DNA of 32,000 nucleotides from Halalkalibacterium halodurans (GCF_004376175.1 NZ_SNUY01000010.1:45485-77484), one strand, 5' to 3'. Counted from the stretch's first letter, positions 1-10,092 are shown. Translations and numbers: made by a program. Notes: generated by a model not told the origin, from the letters alone.

Positions 1-1
1 A

Positions 2-310
2 CGAACGGTCGAACGAGGCTATAAGGAAGCAAAGGAGATCGTCAACAAAGAGTTTGTTATGGGGATCGGGGGTGGGATTTGTCAAACATCATCCACGCTC
101 TTTAATGCCGTTGATCAAGCTGGTTTATCCATCGTTGAGCGTTTCACCCATTCAAGAGAAATTGGGTATGTTCCAACGGGACGGGATGCGACGGTTTCTT
201 GGGGAGGACCTGATTTTCGATTTTCAAATCCATTTGACGAGCCGATCTGGATCCAAACAAGCGTCGAAGGTGGTGCCATTACCGTATCAGTCTATGTCTT
301 TACTTCATAA
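2..310 (+). CDS. VanW-domain protein, C-terminal fragment (5' end outside window)
   Basis: The frame is open from the window edge to TAA 308-310. The motif GIGGGICQTSSTLFNA matches the VanW family as I recall it. The overlapping alternative frame 54..326 has no recognisable features. Confidence 0.6.
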   Translation, partial: RTVERGYKEAKEIVNKEFVMGIGGGICQTSSTLFNAVDQAGLSIVERFTHSREIGYVPTGRDATVSWGGPDFRFSNPFDEPIWIQTSVEGGAITVSVYVFTS

Positions 311-330
311 CCTTGCAACATTCTAATGTA

Positions 331-360
331 CCGCATGCTGAAAATAGCTGCGGTTTTTTT
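331..360 (+). terminator. weak rho-independent terminator candidate
   Basis: ccgca...tgcgg forms a 5-bp stem followed by a T7 run, just after the VanW-like stop. Confidence 0.35.
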
Positions 361-372
361 GTTGCACTATTT

Positions 373-403
373 GTCATAAAACGGCCTCGCTTATCTCATA
401 CTA
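373..403 (+). promoter_or_regulatory. candidate forespore (sigma-G-type) promoter for the ger operon
   Basis: gtCATA, an 18-nt spacer, then CATACTA (397-403) resembles the sigma-G consensus (GnATA ... CATnnTA). Ger receptor operons are classically sigma-G dependent. The match is by eye only. Confidence 0.3.
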
Positions 404-434
404 ACGAATAATGACGGGCGAGGAGGGAAGGCAA

Positions 435-1925
435 ATGTTTTTTAAATGGCTGTTAAACCAAATGCATGCCAAGCCGAAGCTCACCGTTGCAGACGTTTTG
501 TCCCAGTGTAAACAGTCCAATGATTATACGGAGTTTTTAAACCATCAAAAAGGTTTCCCATACATACTCTCTTACTACGAAACATTAATCGATGCTGACC
601 GTCTCAATCAAGATGTCACGCCTTATTTAAAGAAAGAAGCAAAAACATTAGAGGAATTAATTGAAGATGTTCCAATTCAAAATAAGGAAATCTCAGATGA
701 TCCCCAGCAAATTAAGACAAAGGTGATGCAAGGGTTTGTCTTATTACGAAAAAAAGGGGAGGGCCATGAGGTTGCTCTTATTGAAGTGACGATGGATTCT
801 GGGCGTGAGGTTCAAAGGCCTGAAGTAGAATTTAGCGTTTCCGGACCACAGGAGTCGTTTGTTGAAGCTTTGCAGATCAATATTAACTTAATTCGTAAAC
901 GTCTGCCAATGCCACAGTTAAAAGTCGAACAATTAACCGTCGGTCAGTTAACGAAAACAAAGGTCGCCCTGTTGTACATTGAGGGGATTGCCAATGAAGA
1001 GAATGTGAATACGATTCGCCAGCGGATCGATAAAATCGAATTCGACCAAGTCATTGACTCTAACAGCTTAGCACAAATGATTACCGATAAGTCGTTGTCT
1101 ATTTTTCCACAATTGATTAATACGGAAAGGCCAGAACGGGTAGCCGCCGTATTAGCAGAAGGCAAAGTTGCCTTTTTATGCGATGGTTCCCCTGAAGTGA
1201 TCTTTGGCCCATCGACTCTTGTGGAATTTTTCTCTTCACTTGAGGATTATTACTTAACATGGCAAATTGCAACATTTGTTCGGCTATTACGTTTTTTTTC
1301 GCTTACGTTTTCCGTGCTTGCTACACCCGTTTATATTGCAGTATTAACGTTTCATTATGAGCTGATTCCGAAAGATTTACTCGCGACGATAATTGCTTCG
1401 CGAAGCAACATTCCCCTCCCTCCGTTCATTGAAGCGATCATTTTAGAGTTAACGATCGAATTGCTTCGCGAAGCGGGAGCAAGACTCCCGACGAGGATAG
1501 GGCAAACGATCGGGATCGTAGGCGGGATTGTCATTGGACAAGCGTCGGTTGAAGCAGGTCTTACGAGTAACGTGCTATTAATCATCGTCGCGTTAGCCGC
1601 ACTTGCCTCCTTTACAACGCCTGTCTACCAGATGGGGAATACGATTCGTTTATTACGCTTTCCGTTCATGATCGCAGCAGCTGCATTAGGATTAGTAGGG
1701 ATTACGGTGTGTACGATTTATTTAATCGTCCACCTCTTGCGCTTGACTTCTCTCGGCAGACCTTATTTGCAACCAATTTATCCATTCCGGTTTAAGGATC
1801 TTCGCGATGCGTTTGTGCGTATGCCGTTCAGTTGGATGGCAGAGCGACCGCAATTGACACGGCCGAAAGATCGCGGACGTCTGAATTTCTTTCGCGCCAA
1901 TGAACGTCGCGACATCGATGAGTGA
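435..1925 (+). CDS. spore germination protein, GerA-family A subunit
   Basis: Long ORF with a soluble N-terminal region plus C-terminal TM segments typical of GerAA/GerKA. ATG 435 is preceded by GGAGGGAAGG. It is first of three consecutive ger genes. Confidence 0.9.
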   Translation: MFFKWLLNQMHAKPKLTVADVLSQCKQSNDYTEFLNHQKGFPYILSYYETLIDADRLNQDVTPYLKKEAKTLEELIEDVPIQNKEISDDPQQIKTKVMQGFVLLRKKGEGHEVALIEVTMDSGREVQRPEVEFSVSGPQESFVEALQININLIRKRLPMPQLKVEQLTVGQLTKTKVALLYIEGIANEENVNTIRQRIDKIEFDQVIDSNSLAQMITDKSLSIFPQLINTERPERVAAVLAEGKVAFLCDGSPEVIFGPSTLVEFFSSLEDYYLTWQIATFVRLLRFFSLTFSVLATPVYIAVLTFHYELIPKDLLATIIASRSNIPLPPFIEAIILELTIELLREAGARLPTRIGQTIGIVGGIVIGQASVEAGLTSNVLLIIVALAALASFTTPVYQMGNTIRLLRFPFMIAAAALGLVGITVCTIYLIVHLLRLTSLGRPYLQPIYPFRFKDLRDAFVRMPFSWMAERPQLTRPKDRGRLNFFRANERRDIDE

Positions 1926-1949
1926 TTATTTAGAGAAAAAGGTGATTGG

Positions 1950-3062
1950 ATGGGACATCAAGTAAAGGAGCCATTTCTCGTTTCGACTGGAATGACGTTC
2001 TTTTTAGTTCACGGAATGCAGGTCGGAATCGGGGCCCTTAGTTTTCAACGGGCAATCGTGAAAATTTCCGGTTATGATGGATGGATATCGATCATCATCG
2101 CCGGAATTGTCGTTCAAATCATCATTGCCCTCATGTACGCTCTCCTTAACCGGGCGAATGGTGATTTAATCTCGGTTCATGACGATATTTTTGGAAAATG
2201 GCTTGGTGGGGTCTTTAGCGTCATCTTCGGTGTCTATCTCCTTTTATTAGCTGTCGTTATTTTGCGAATCTATATTCAGATTGTTCAAGCATGGGTGTTT
2301 CATGATTTACCGACATGGATCATTACGCTTATCTTAGCATGGATCTTTTATTTGCTCATCTCTGGGGGATTCCGTAAAGTGGTCGGCATTTGCTTTCTTG
2401 GGGTCATTGTACCAGCGCCGTTGTTTACGATCTTATTAATGCCTCTAGAATTCGGGCATTTTATTAACATGCTGCCGATCTGGAAGCATACGCTTAGCGA
2501 GTTAATAGCAGGTGCGAAGGAAGCTTCTTTAAGTTATTTAGGCTTTGAAATTTTGTTGTTATGCTATCCGTTCATTAAACAACGAGAAAAATCCCATAAA
2601 TGGGCACAGCTTGGTGGTTTAATGACGATTTTTGCTTATACTAGCTTAATGGTAATTAGTTTAGCCTTTTATAGTGAGGAACAGCTTCATCGCACGATTT
2701 GGGCAACATTGACCCTTTTTAAAGTAGTAGAGTTTCCGTTTATTGAGCGATTTGAATATATTGGTATTTCTTTATGGTTGTTGTTAATTTCACCGAATAT
2801 TGCGTTACCTGTATGGGGAGCCAGTCGAATTGGAAAACGTGTATTAGGCATTAATCAGCGGACGGTCTTAGTGTTTGTCATAGCAATCTTAGCTTTAATT
2901 ACGATGTTCCTTCAGACGAGCCAAGAAATAGAAACGCTCGCTTTATGGGTTTCTGAATTCGGTTTTTATTTTGTTGGGGTATACGTTCCGTTGTTGGTTA
3001 TGGTTTATCTTGCGGTTTCCCACTTAAGGAGTGGTGCTGATGAAAAAACAACGACAAGTTAA
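1950..3062 (+). CDS. spore germination protein, GerAB-type permease subunit
   Basis: 370-aa polytopic hydrophobic protein (about 10 TM) of the APC-like GerAB/GerKB type. The RBS AAAGGTGA precedes the ATG. Confidence 0.9.
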   Translation: MGHQVKEPFLVSTGMTFFLVHGMQVGIGALSFQRAIVKISGYDGWISIIIAGIVVQIIIALMYALLNRANGDLISVHDDIFGKWLGGVFSVIFGVYLLLLAVVILRIYIQIVQAWVFHDLPTWIITLILAWIFYLLISGGFRKVVGICFLGVIVPAPLFTILLMPLEFGHFINMLPIWKHTLSELIAGAKEASLSYLGFEILLLCYPFIKQREKSHKWAQLGGLMTIFAYTSLMVISLAFYSEEQLHRTIWATLTLFKVVEFPFIERFEYIGISLWLLLISPNIALPVWGASRIGKRVLGINQRTVLVFVIAILALITMFLQTSQEIETLALWVSEFGFYFVGVYVPLLVMVYLAVSHLRSGADEKTTTS

Positions 3063-4149
3063 AAAGCTTGCTGTACTTGCGGCAGTATTCCTAATAACTG
3101 GCTGCATCCAAACAAGTATCATTGATGATGTGGCACTTATTGAGGCAGCGGCACTTGATCGGACGGAAAATGACAACATTAAGCTGACCGTAAGTTATCC
3201 TACTTTTTTAGAGCAAGGTCAAGAAAACATCTTGCAATCTGACCAAGCAACGGCTGTTGCCAAAACGATCAAAGGAGCCCGAGAGCTATTGAACGGTAGC
3301 TCACAGCGGCCATTAAAGTTCGGACAAATTCGCGTCCTTCTGTTTAGTGATGCCCTTTCAGAATCAGGAGTTGAGCCGTATGTAGATTCGATGTATCGGG
3401 ATCCATCCATAGGGAACCGCGTCTTGTTAGCTGTAGTCGACGGGGAGGCACAGGACGCCTTGATGATTAGGCTTGGAGCAGGGGAGCGACCTGGCGTCTT
3501 TTTAGGGGATTTATTGCTACATAACATGGAGGAACATTTGCTTCCATCGACAAACCTCCATGTTTTTATGTTTAGCGCCCTTAACGATGCCCGTGATCCT
3601 TACTTACCGTTATTACTCGTAAAAGATGATAAGCTAAGGATCGGAGGAACGGCCCTTTTTAAAAGAGATCGATTCGTCGATAATATCGGAATCGAGGATT
3701 CTTTCTTTCTTAAATTGATGGTGGATGAGATGAAACAAACAACCCATCAATTTCAAATCGATGAGGATGGAGAAAAAGCCTATGTGGTGGTAGAGAAAAT
3801 TTTTTCATCCTTCAATCGCGAGATGACCGGTTCAATGGAGGCGCCTCACTTCCGTTGTCATATTCATTTTCGCGGGGAAATAACCGACTATACAGGCCCG
3901 TTGACTTTAACAAAAGATGAGACGATGAATAAAATTGAAGAGGGAATGGCACGACAAATTGCAACAAAAGGTGAGGAATTGCTCAAGAGATTTCAATCTC
4001 TTGGCATCGATCCTGTAGGGTTAGGGGAAAAATACCGTAGCCATACACGAGACTGGAAGCCGGAAGTGTGGCACGATTCCATATATGAACAGGCCACTGT
4101 AGAAGTGACAGCCGAGGTGGAAATTGTCCAATCAGGAGTAACGGAATAA
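3040..4149 (+). CDS. spore germination lipoprotein, Ger(x)C subunit
   Basis: The signal peptide has a lipobox (VFLITGC). ATG 3040 lies 9 nt after AAGGAG and overlaps the end of the B subunit gene. Length and position fit a GerAC/GerKC protein. Confidence 0.9.
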   Translation: MKKQRQVKKLAVLAAVFLITGCIQTSIIDDVALIEAAALDRTENDNIKLTVSYPTFLEQGQENILQSDQATAVAKTIKGARELLNGSSQRPLKFGQIRVLLFSDALSESGVEPYVDSMYRDPSIGNRVLLAVVDGEAQDALMIRLGAGERPGVFLGDLLLHNMEEHLLPSTNLHVFMFSALNDARDPYLPLLLVKDDKLRIGGTALFKRDRFVDNIGIEDSFFLKLMVDEMKQTTHQFQIDEDGEKAYVVVEKIFSSFNREMTGSMEAPHFRCHIHFRGEITDYTGPLTLTKDETMNKIEEGMARQIATKGEELLKRFQSLGIDPVGLGEKYRSHTRDWKPEVWHDSIYEQATVEVTAEVEIVQSGVTE

Positions 4150-4270
4150 ACAACCTTTCACATACGTTTGAACTTTTTTAGTCATAATATGGAGCATGTG
4201 TCCATAGGATAGCAGTAGATCATGGACGAGTTCATTCCAGCTAAATGAGCGAACACATAAGGAGGAACCC

Positions 4271-5182
4271 ATGCTTGATTTTATTAAAAGGTTGTTTATT
4301 GCCCTTGCGATCGGAACGTGTATCGGAATCATGTTCATCGGTACAAGTACAGCCTCTGCAGAAGAAAAAGCGATTTCACCTATTCATATTTGGCCGACCG
4401 TAGGGGAAATTACAGATACATTTGGAACGAGAGGCGGGACCCATCACGGGATTGATATTGCTGCACCTGTTGGGACCCCTGTTATTTCTATTGCAGACGG
4501 AATGGTAAGAAAATCTTATTATTCAGATAGCTATGGCCATGTCATTTTTGTTCAACATGATCATGGTTTGGAAACGGTTTATGCACACTTGAATGAAAGG
4601 TTTGTAGAGGAAGGCGACACAGTAAAGGAAGGCGAGCAAATTGGTACCGTTGGTAACACCGGGAGATCGTCTGGTCCGCACCTTCATTTTGAGGTACATA
4701 AGGATGAATGGAATGTTGAAAAATCAAATGCGATTGACCCGTTTCTCGTCTTAGCTGATGAGCGGGATTATATGTATGCTGCCGTGGATGATAGCTGGAA
4801 AGACGGGAAGGAAGAGGAATCCACGTATGCATTTAAAAACAAATTTACTAACGAAGATGAGGATGAACTAGAAGAAATAGAGCTGCTAGAAAATCAACAA
4901 GTTTTTACGGTTTCAAAAGGTGATACTTTATGGGGAATCGCGCAAAAACATGAAATGAGTGTAGAAACGTTAATGGAGATCAACGGTTTAAACGACACAT
5001 TGATCCATCCTAGAGATGACCTTATCGTCCTTCTTGATGACGAAGAAAGTCATGTCGTGAAAACGGGAGATACACTCTATCGGATTGCGCTAAACCATCA
5101 GTTAACAGTGGAAGAGTTGCAAGCGAATAATGACTTAACAGATGAGTTGATTTTCCCTGGTCAAGTGTTGGCTCTAAAGTAA
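4271..5182 (+). CDS. M23 family metallopeptidase with two C-terminal LysM domains
   Basis: Contains HHGIDIAAPVGTPV and GNTGRSSGPHLHFEV (M23 zinc motifs), an N-terminal signal/TM and two LysM-like repeats (VSKGDTLWGIA..., VKTGDTLYRIA...). The RBS AAGGAGGA precedes the ATG. Confidence 0.9.
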   Translation: MLDFIKRLFIALAIGTCIGIMFIGTSTASAEEKAISPIHIWPTVGEITDTFGTRGGTHHGIDIAAPVGTPVISIADGMVRKSYYSDSYGHVIFVQHDHGLETVYAHLNERFVEEGDTVKEGEQIGTVGNTGRSSGPHLHFEVHKDEWNVEKSNAIDPFLVLADERDYMYAAVDDSWKDGKEEESTYAFKNKFTNEDEDELEEIELLENQQVFTVSKGDTLWGIAQKHEMSVETLMEINGLNDTLIHPRDDLIVLLDDEESHVVKTGDTLYRIALNHQLTVEELQANNDLTDELIFPGQVLALK

Positions 5183-5260
5183 AAGGAGCTCTGTCGCCAG
5201 CCTATGTGTAAGTGTGGTAAAATAAGACTTGATCACTAGGTAAAAAGGACGGAAAATAGG

Positions 5261-5644
5261 ATGGGACAGGTGCAAGCGACAACAGAGCTTTTTCAATGGT
5301 TAAATGAACAAACAGACCTTACAAGCTATCAGATCGATTTAGTGGATGGGTTTGTGTTTATGCTGAAAAGAATTAAACACCATGGCCATATTCGTTTAAC
5401 AGCACCGGATACGATTCACCCTCGTTTTTGGAAATGTCATGATCGGACATTTGGCTATCGGTTGATGAAAGGGAACAGAAGACGACCCGCTCATCTATAC
5501 AAGTTTTATTTTGATGTGGCAAAGGTGGAAGGGCTTCTTCACATTCACAAGCAATCCGTTAGCTTGTCAGACAAAGGGGTTCAATTTCTTACGTATTCCA
5601 AAGAAATACAATTAGATCGTTTGTGCCATCATATCTGGATATAA
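5261..5644 (+). CDS. hypothetical protein (127 aa)
   Basis: ORF ending at a strong terminator. I recognise no motif, and the RBS is weak (GGACGGAAAATAGG). Confidence 0.5.
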   Translation: MGQVQATTELFQWLNEQTDLTSYQIDLVDGFVFMLKRIKHHGHIRLTAPDTIHPRFWKCHDRTFGYRLMKGNRRRPAHLYKFYFDVAKVEGLLHIHKQSVSLSDKGVQFLTYSKEIQLDRLCHHIWI

Positions 5645-5678
5645 AAAAACTAGCTGGGTAACGCCAGCTAGTTTTTTT
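5643..5678. terminator. bidirectional rho-independent terminator between convergent genes
   Basis: aaaaaaaCTAGCTGG-gtaacg-CCAGCTAGttttttt is a perfect 8-bp core stem flanked by an A-run and a T-run. It lies between the 5261..5644 ORF (+) and serA (-). Confidence 0.8.
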
Positions 5679-5706
5679 ACAATAGGGACAAGCTTCATTG
5701 CTCGTG

Positions 5707-7329
5707 CTACAACTCGATGCGATCGGCAAAATGGATTTCATCAACCGCTTTTAAGGCTTCGATCACTTCATCGGTGGCAACTTTGTCCACTGCTACCATC
5801 ATGATCGCGTCGCCGCCTTCCTCTTGACGACCAACTTGCATTGTCGCGATGTTCACATTGTGCTCGGCGAGGAGCTGACCCATTTTTCCGATGACACCTG
5901 GACGGTCATTGTGTTGAATGTAAATTAAGTGACCTTCTGGAACAAAATCAACATTGAAGCCATTAATTTTCACAATCCGTGGTCCATATTCCTTAATAAA
6001 CGTTCCGTGAACCTCAAACGTGCGATCTTCTCCATGAACGACCGCATGGATGATGTTTGCATACCCGAACGTTTGGTTGCTGCTATGCTTTTCTGTAAAA
6101 CTAATTCCACGCTCTTTTGCAATGAGACCAGCGTTAACATCGTTCACGCCCGCATCAACACGTGGAGAAAGGAATCCGGCCATTAAGCTTCTTGTCGTAA
6201 TCGACGTTTCAATATCGGCGACGTTCCCGCCGTAGCGAACTTCAATTTCTTGTACCGGTGTTTTCATACATTGGGAGAGCAAGAAGCCCATTTTCTTCGT
6301 TAACTCATAATAAGGCTTGACCTTCTCATAAACTTCTTTAGAGAGGGTCGGTAGGTTAATGGAGTTGCTGACAGGGTTGCCTTCTAAGAAGTGAAGAACT
6401 TCCTGTGAGACTTGTTCTGCCACGTTAAGCTGTGCTTCTTTTGTGGAAGCAGCAATATGCGGAGTGGCGATGACGTTGTCAAAGGCGAGTAGCTCTTCGT
6501 CAGCGACAGGCTCTTCTTCAAATACGTCCAATGCCGCACCAGCAATATGGCCTTCACGCAAGTAATGCTTAAGCGCCTCTTCATCGATGATTCCACCGCG
6601 GGCACAGTTAATGAGAAATACCCCTTTTTTCGTTTTGCCAATGTTTTTCATGCCTAGGAGGCCTTTCGTTTCTTTCGTTAAAGGGGTGTGGACCGTAATA
6701 ATATCGGCGACCTGAAGAACGTCGTCTAAGCTTGCTACAGTGACACCAAGCTTTTCGGCACGGGCTTTCGTTAAAAATGGATCAAACACATAAGGAGTCA
6801 TCTCAAACGCCTTGACACGTTTCGCAATTTGTGAGCCGATTCGGCCGAATCCGATAATCCCGAGCGTCTTGCCGCGGAGCTCGGTTCCTTGGAACGCCTT
6901 ACGCTTCCATTCACCTGCTTTTATCGATGCATTCGCTTGTGGAATTTTGCGCAGGAGGGAACAAATCATCGCAAAAGTATGCTCAGCCGTAGAAATGGTG
7001 TTTCCGTCGGGAGCGTTTACGACGACAATCCCATGCTTTGTCGCAGCATCGATGTCGATATTGTCAACGCCCACACCAGCGCGGGCAATGATTTTTAAGG
7101 AAGACATCTTTTCCATGAGTTCTTCTGTGACCGTTGTGGCGCTACGAACGAGTAACGCATCATATTCATGTAAATCATCCGCGTCTGCTACGTTTTGTTG
7201 TACGCACTCTACACGAGGGTCATTCAATAAAGGGGAAAGTCCTTGTTCGCTCATAGCATCCGATACGAGGATGCGATAAATGGCTTTGTTCTCCGTTTGG
7301 CTTTTGTCAGCGATTGCTTGTTCAATCAC
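5707..7329 (-). CDS. serA: D-3-phosphoglycerate dehydrogenase (long form with C-terminal ACT domain)
   Basis: Near-collinear with B. subtilis SerA as I recall it (YRILVSD..., GVGVDNIDIDAATKHGI, CARGGIIDE, C-terminal ACT region). The start is uncertain. GTG 7341 overlaps its own SD. GTG 7329 sits 6 nt after GGAG. Both give an N-terminal extension of about 20 aa over B. subtilis. A rare ATT at 7281, 8 nt after GGAGA, would remove that extension. Confidence 0.9.
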   Translation of the reverse strand: MIEQAIADKSQTENKAIYRILVSDAMSEQGLSPLLNDPRVECVQQNVADADDLHEYDALLVRSATTVTEELMEKMSSLKIIARAGVGVDNIDIDAATKHGIVVVNAPDGNTISTAEHTFAMICSLLRKIPQANASIKAGEWKRKAFQGTELRGKTLGIIGFGRIGSQIAKRVKAFEMTPYVFDPFLTKARAEKLGVTVASLDDVLQVADIITVHTPLTKETKGLLGMKNIGKTKKGVFLINCARGGIIDEEALKHYLREGHIAGAALDVFEEEPVADEELLAFDNVIATPHIAASTKEAQLNVAEQVSQEVLHFLEGNPVSNSINLPTLSKEVYEKVKPYYELTKKMGFLLSQCMKTPVQEIEVRYGGNVADIETSITTRSLMAGFLSPRVDAGVNDVNAGLIAKERGISFTEKHSSNQTFGYANIIHAVVHGEDRTFEVHGTFIKEYGPRIVKINGFNVDFVPEGHLIYIQHNDRPGVIGKMGQLLAEHNVNIATMQVGRQEEGGDAIMMVAVDKVATDEVIEALKAVDEIHFADRIEL

Positions 7330-7444
7330 GTTAAACTCCACTCCTTAAATTAAGTATTCTCTCTTGATCGTCTGTCCTCTCTACCTTTAGCAGCAAGCAA
7401 TGGAATGATTTTGAAGCACATGCCCCCCTAACATCAAACTTTTT

Positions 7445-7720
7445 TGATAGTAAAAAAACCTTCTGCCCACACGACGACTGTCGTGAGGGGCGGAAGGTTC
7501 ATACCGCGGTGCCACCCTCATTCACACATACTTGTTGTCGCAGTATGTGCCTCAAGGAGATTTAACTACGTCTCCAAGGTAACGGATTAACCGGAGCGCT
7601 CCTACTTAAATGTTCAGAGCGTCAACTCAGAAGGGCTACGGAAATTGTAGAGCCAAGCTGGTTCACAGCAACCACCAGCTCTCTGGATTGGTCATCTACA
7701 TTCCTCATCTTCGTCATCGT
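7445..7720 (-). promoter_or_regulatory. T-box riboswitch leader controlling serA
   Basis: Read on the minus strand: CGATGACGAAGA...GAGGAATGTAG (GA/AGUA-like), an AGAGAGCTGG...GCTGTGAA distal region, the CCGTTA F-box and the T-box AATGAGGGTGGCACCGCGG (7504-7520). The terminator hairpin follows. Confidence 0.85.
7452..7499 (-). terminator. T-box attenuator (intrinsic terminator)
   Basis: On the minus strand, CCTTCCGCCC...GGGCAGAAGG (9 of 10 bp) is followed by a T7 run. Its 5' arm overlaps the T-box antiterminator sequence. Confidence 0.8.
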
Positions 7721-7832
7721 TTTTAAGCAAATGTGTTTTATAATTTTTTGATAACTTACCACAGGAGATGGACATTTGTCAATTAGGTACTGAAGATTTA
7801 CGGTGAGAAATATTGTGAAAAGAGGTGGTGAA

Positions 7833-8900
7833 ATGTTGAAACATGTTGTAGAAAAAGGGGAGACGCTAGCGAAAATTGCAAATCGCTACGGAGTTCGTGC
7901 GGTCGACCTTTTGGATAGCAATTCGTTTATTGCCCATGAACGATCTTACGTCTATCCGGGAACAGAACTTTTGATCCCAAAAAGCGTGAATTCAACATTT
8001 GCTGCAGGACCGTTCGAATGTTTGTATGAGTATGGATATACGGAGCTGCTGCTTGATCGGAATAGGCTAAAACAACAACGGGTTAAAGAATCGGTCATCG
8101 GCAAATCGGTCATGGGGAAGGAGATTGTCGCATTTGAAATAGGATCAGGAGAGATTCCGATTTTTTATTCAGGCGGTTGGCATGCGAACGAATGGCATAC
8201 AGCAAAATTTTTGATGACTTTTTTACAAACGTTAATCGAGGCGGAGGTGAGTAAAGCCGATTTGTTCGGCTATTCGGTTTACGAGTTGCTAAAAAAGGTG
8301 ACTCTCCATCTCGTGCCCCTCGTCAACCCTGATGGTGTCGAGCTTGTTCAGCAAGGAATCTACCCAGAACATCCTTTTTATGAACAGGTTCTTGCCATCA
8401 ATAAAGGTGCACGGACGTTTGATCATTGGTCGAGCAACATTCGCGGTGTCGATTTGAACCACCAGTGGCCAGCAGGGTGGGAGAAGGAGGCGGCGGAAAG
8501 TCCACAGCAGCCATGGCCGCGCCACTATAGCGGACCTTCGCCGCTGTCAGAACCAGAGGCGATCGCAATCTACGAGTATACGAAGGCAAATGACTTTGCG
8601 TATGTGCTTGCCTTTCATTCCCAAGGTCAAGAGATTTATTGGGGGTATAAAGGATTCGAGCCTAACGTTAGCAAAGCCATGGTGGAGCGCCTTTCACTTA
8701 TGAGCTCGTATAAACCGGTTCATACGGCGGATAGCGATGGGGGATACAAGGATTGGTTTATTCAAGAGACGAGAAGACCGGGATTTACAATTGAAGTGGG
8801 CGTAGGGAAAAATCCGCTTCCACTTGAGGCGTTCGGAGAGATTTGGTCTAACAACATTTTGCTCGCATTGGAAGGGCTCACCTTACACGAACTTATGTAA
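7833..8900 (+). CDS. LysM domain + M14 zinc carboxypeptidase-family peptidase (gamma-D-glutamyl-meso-diaminopimelate peptidase-like, YqgT-type)
   Basis: N-terminal LysM (VEKGETLAKIANRYGV), then M14-like motifs (GGWHANEWHT, NPDGVE, FHSQG). ATG 7833 follows GAGGTGGTGA. Confidence 0.85.
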   Translation: MLKHVVEKGETLAKIANRYGVRAVDLLDSNSFIAHERSYVYPGTELLIPKSVNSTFAAGPFECLYEYGYTELLLDRNRLKQQRVKESVIGKSVMGKEIVAFEIGSGEIPIFYSGGWHANEWHTAKFLMTFLQTLIEAEVSKADLFGYSVYELLKKVTLHLVPLVNPDGVELVQQGIYPEHPFYEQVLAINKGARTFDHWSSNIRGVDLNHQWPAGWEKEAAESPQQPWPRHYSGPSPLSEPEAIAIYEYTKANDFAYVLAFHSQGQEIYWGYKGFEPNVSKAMVERLSLMSSYKPVHTADSDGGYKDWFIQETRRPGFTIEVGVGKNPLPLEAFGEIWSNNILLALEGLTLHELM

Positions 8901-8918
8901 AGGCATAGTGAAAGAATG

Positions 8919-8950
8919 AAAAAGACTCGGGATAATCCCGAGCCTTTTTT
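8919..8950. terminator. bidirectional terminator (peptidase + / ppa -)
   Basis: CTCGGG-ataat-CCCGAG (8926-8942) is flanked by an A-run upstream and a T6 run downstream. Confidence 0.75.
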
Positions 8951-8957
8951 CCATATA

Positions 8958-9449
8958 TTATCCTTTATAACGAGCAAAGCACTCGTCAATTAATTTAGCG
9001 GCTGCTTCTGCATCTTCATACGCACCAACCTCTGTTTTCTTTCCTTCAAGGTCTTTGTACGTTTTGAAGAAGTGAGCGATTTCATCCAGCTTATGCTTGG
9101 GTAGATCGTTTAAAGAGTTCACATCTTTAAAACGAGGATCTTCTGTTGGAACGGCGATTAGTTTTTGATCCTCTTCACCACCGTCAATCATGTTTAAAAA
9201 TCCGAGTACTTTGGCATCAATAACGCAGCCCGGGAATGTTGGATTTGAGACAATGACAAGAACATCTAATGGATCGCCGTCAAGGGCTAGTGTGTTTTCA
9301 ATGTAGCCGTATTCTGCTGGATAGAACATTGGCGAAAAAAGAACACGATCCAATTTGAAAACGCCACGCTCTTTGTCATACTCGTATTTGTTTTGACTAC
9401 CAGTTGGAATTTCAATAAATGCTTCAATGACCTTTGGTTCGATTGCCAT
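8958..9449 (-). CDS. ppa: inorganic pyrophosphatase, family I
   Basis: Contains the family I PPase signatures IEIPTGSQNKYEYDKE..., YPAEYGYI and DGDPLDVLV. ATG 9449 lies 7 nt after GGGAGGA. Confidence 0.9.
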   Translation of the reverse strand: MAIEPKVIEAFIEIPTGSQNKYEYDKERGVFKLDRVLFSPMFYPAEYGYIENTLALDGDPLDVLVIVSNPTFPGCVIDAKVLGFLNMIDGGEEDQKLIAVPTEDPRFKDVNSLNDLPKHKLDEIAHFFKTYKDLEGKKTEVGAYEDAEAAAKLIDECFARYKG

Positions 9450-9520
9450 CTGAAGTCCTCCCTTGTTATGTATAAATGTAATCAACGTCCATTATAGCAA
9501 CTTCGAAAAAAGAAAGGAAG

Positions 9521-9550
9521 AAAAAAACGGCTCCACCGAAAAGGGCCGCT
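9521..9550 (-). terminator. terminator downstream of fer
   Basis: On the minus strand, a GCGGCC...GGAGCCG hairpin is followed by a T7 run (plus-strand A-run 9521-9527). Confidence 0.5.
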
Positions 9551-9565
9551 TTTTCTGCCAACGAT

Positions 9566-9841
<276 letters not shown>

Positions 9842-10092
9842 CTATCTCTTCTCTAACAGTTGTATGACAGAAAAGAAATGGATGTTTATATATTTTTAAC
9901 GGTCAGCTCGTTCGTTCCAGTAACTATTGTATCGGTGATGACAACAGTTTTCAACCGTTAAGTTTTTTTCGTATAACGGTTTGTCTTTAACTTGTCCAGA
10001 GAGAGTGAGCATTACCCCTCTTTTTCAGAGCATTGTCTGTTAAAATAAACGAAGAGCTGTGATCGGTAATTTCGGTGAAGGGAGAGGCGTTC

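Noticed and set aside
54-326. 90-aa ORF overlapping the VanW-like fragment in another frame
   Set aside because: The other frame (2..310) carries the recognisable VanW-type motif and stays open to the window edge.
6812-7279. 155-aa plus-strand ORF (with 5929..6186, 6050..6235 and 6889..7098) antisense to or overlapping serA
   Set aside because: serA homology is continuous on the minus strand across the whole region. These products are Arg/Ser/Cys-rich with no motifs and no RBS, which is typical of shadow ORFs.
8958-9449. Family I pyrophosphatase as an anomaly, since B. subtilis uses the family II enzyme PpaC
   Set aside because: Family I PPases are known in other Bacillaceae. Composition and context (next to fer, shared terminators) look native, so there is no evidence of anything unusual.
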